A stretch of DNA of 64,000 bases from contig CBDEGZ010000003.1 in assembly GCA_965238175.1 (NCBI GenBank), positions 2,368,001-2,432,000 on the forward strand, given 5' to 3'. Numbering within the stretch: the first letter of the stretch is position 1; each line of letters opens with the position of its first letter. The translations under genes and the position numbers were made by a program. The DNA comes from Gammaproteobacteria bacterium (GTDB lineage Bacteria; Pseudomonadota; Gammaproteobacteria; CAJXQU01). Under the pieces are notes generated by a model. It worked only from the letters and a program-made list of their open reading frames with translations, made no database searches and was not told the origin of the DNA. Of this stretch, positions 63,598 to 64,000 are shown piece by piece.

Positions 63598-63999
63598 CTA
63601 ACTTCTCGCTGCTAATTGAAAACTTTCCCGGTTCATTATGCTAATCACTTTTTTCGCATAATGAGGATCTGTTGCGTAACCTGAATTCTGTAATTCACGA
63701 ATATAAGCCTTGCTATTACCAGCTCGATTTACTGCGTTGTCGTAACGTGGTTGGTTCTTAATAAAGTTCACATAATCTTTAAAGCTTTCTCCAAAAGAGT
63801 TATATGTGCGAAAATCTGAAGCTTCTCTTTTTGCGATTCCATCACGATATTCCAACGATTTCACATTGATTGTTCCACCTTGCCAGGAAGAACCTGCCTT
63901 AATACCAAATAAGTTATGGCTGTTAGAACCATCCTTGCTTTTGATCATCTTTTTACCCCAACCAGTCTCTAAAGCGGCTTGGGCAACTAACAGATCTGG
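63598..63999 (-). CDS. flgJ: FlgJ peptidoglycan hydrolase, C-terminal part (5'-truncated by window edge)
   Basis: Frame open to the edge: AQAALETGWG, NLFGIKA, FRTY, GYATDPHYA. Confidence 0.93.
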   Translation of the reverse strand, partial: PDLLVAQAALETGWGKKMIKSKDGSNSHNLFGIKAGSSWQGGTINVKSLEYRDGIAKREASDFRTYNSFGESFKDYVNFIKNQPRYDNAVNRAGNSKAYIRELQNSGYATDPHYAKKVISIMNRESFQLAARS

Positions 64000-64000
64000 A

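Overview
AT-rich gammaproteobacterial chromosome segment. Left 37 kb: housekeeping genes (metH 3' end, xseA, guaB-guaA, tadA, slyD, pip, and gyrA-pheA-hisC-tyrA-aroA/cmk fusion-rpsA-ihfB-lapA-lapB-pyrF-mfd), small accessory genes, and two 1226-bp IS481-family copies, each with its own 7-bp target duplication. Right 26 kb: a Pseudomonas-style polar flagellar cluster (flgJKL ... fleQ-fleS-fleR-fliEFGHIJ). The slot normally holding fliC-flaG-fliD-fliS-fliT instead holds two short flagellins of the alphaproteobacterial (Rhizobiales/Rhodospirillales-like) type, an unannotated flagellin-D1-like ORF, and flbT-flaF. Both flagellin genes have sigma28-like promoters and share a covarying 5'UTR hairpin with an AAGAAUU loop at the same distance from the ATG. 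A divergent sigma54-like promoter drives a 2459-aa double-GT41 multi-glycosyltransferase/methyltransferase plus a TylF-type O-methyltransferase. This hybrid filament, regulation and glycosylation module is the most notable system in the window. All calls come from reading motifs by eye; no database searches were run.
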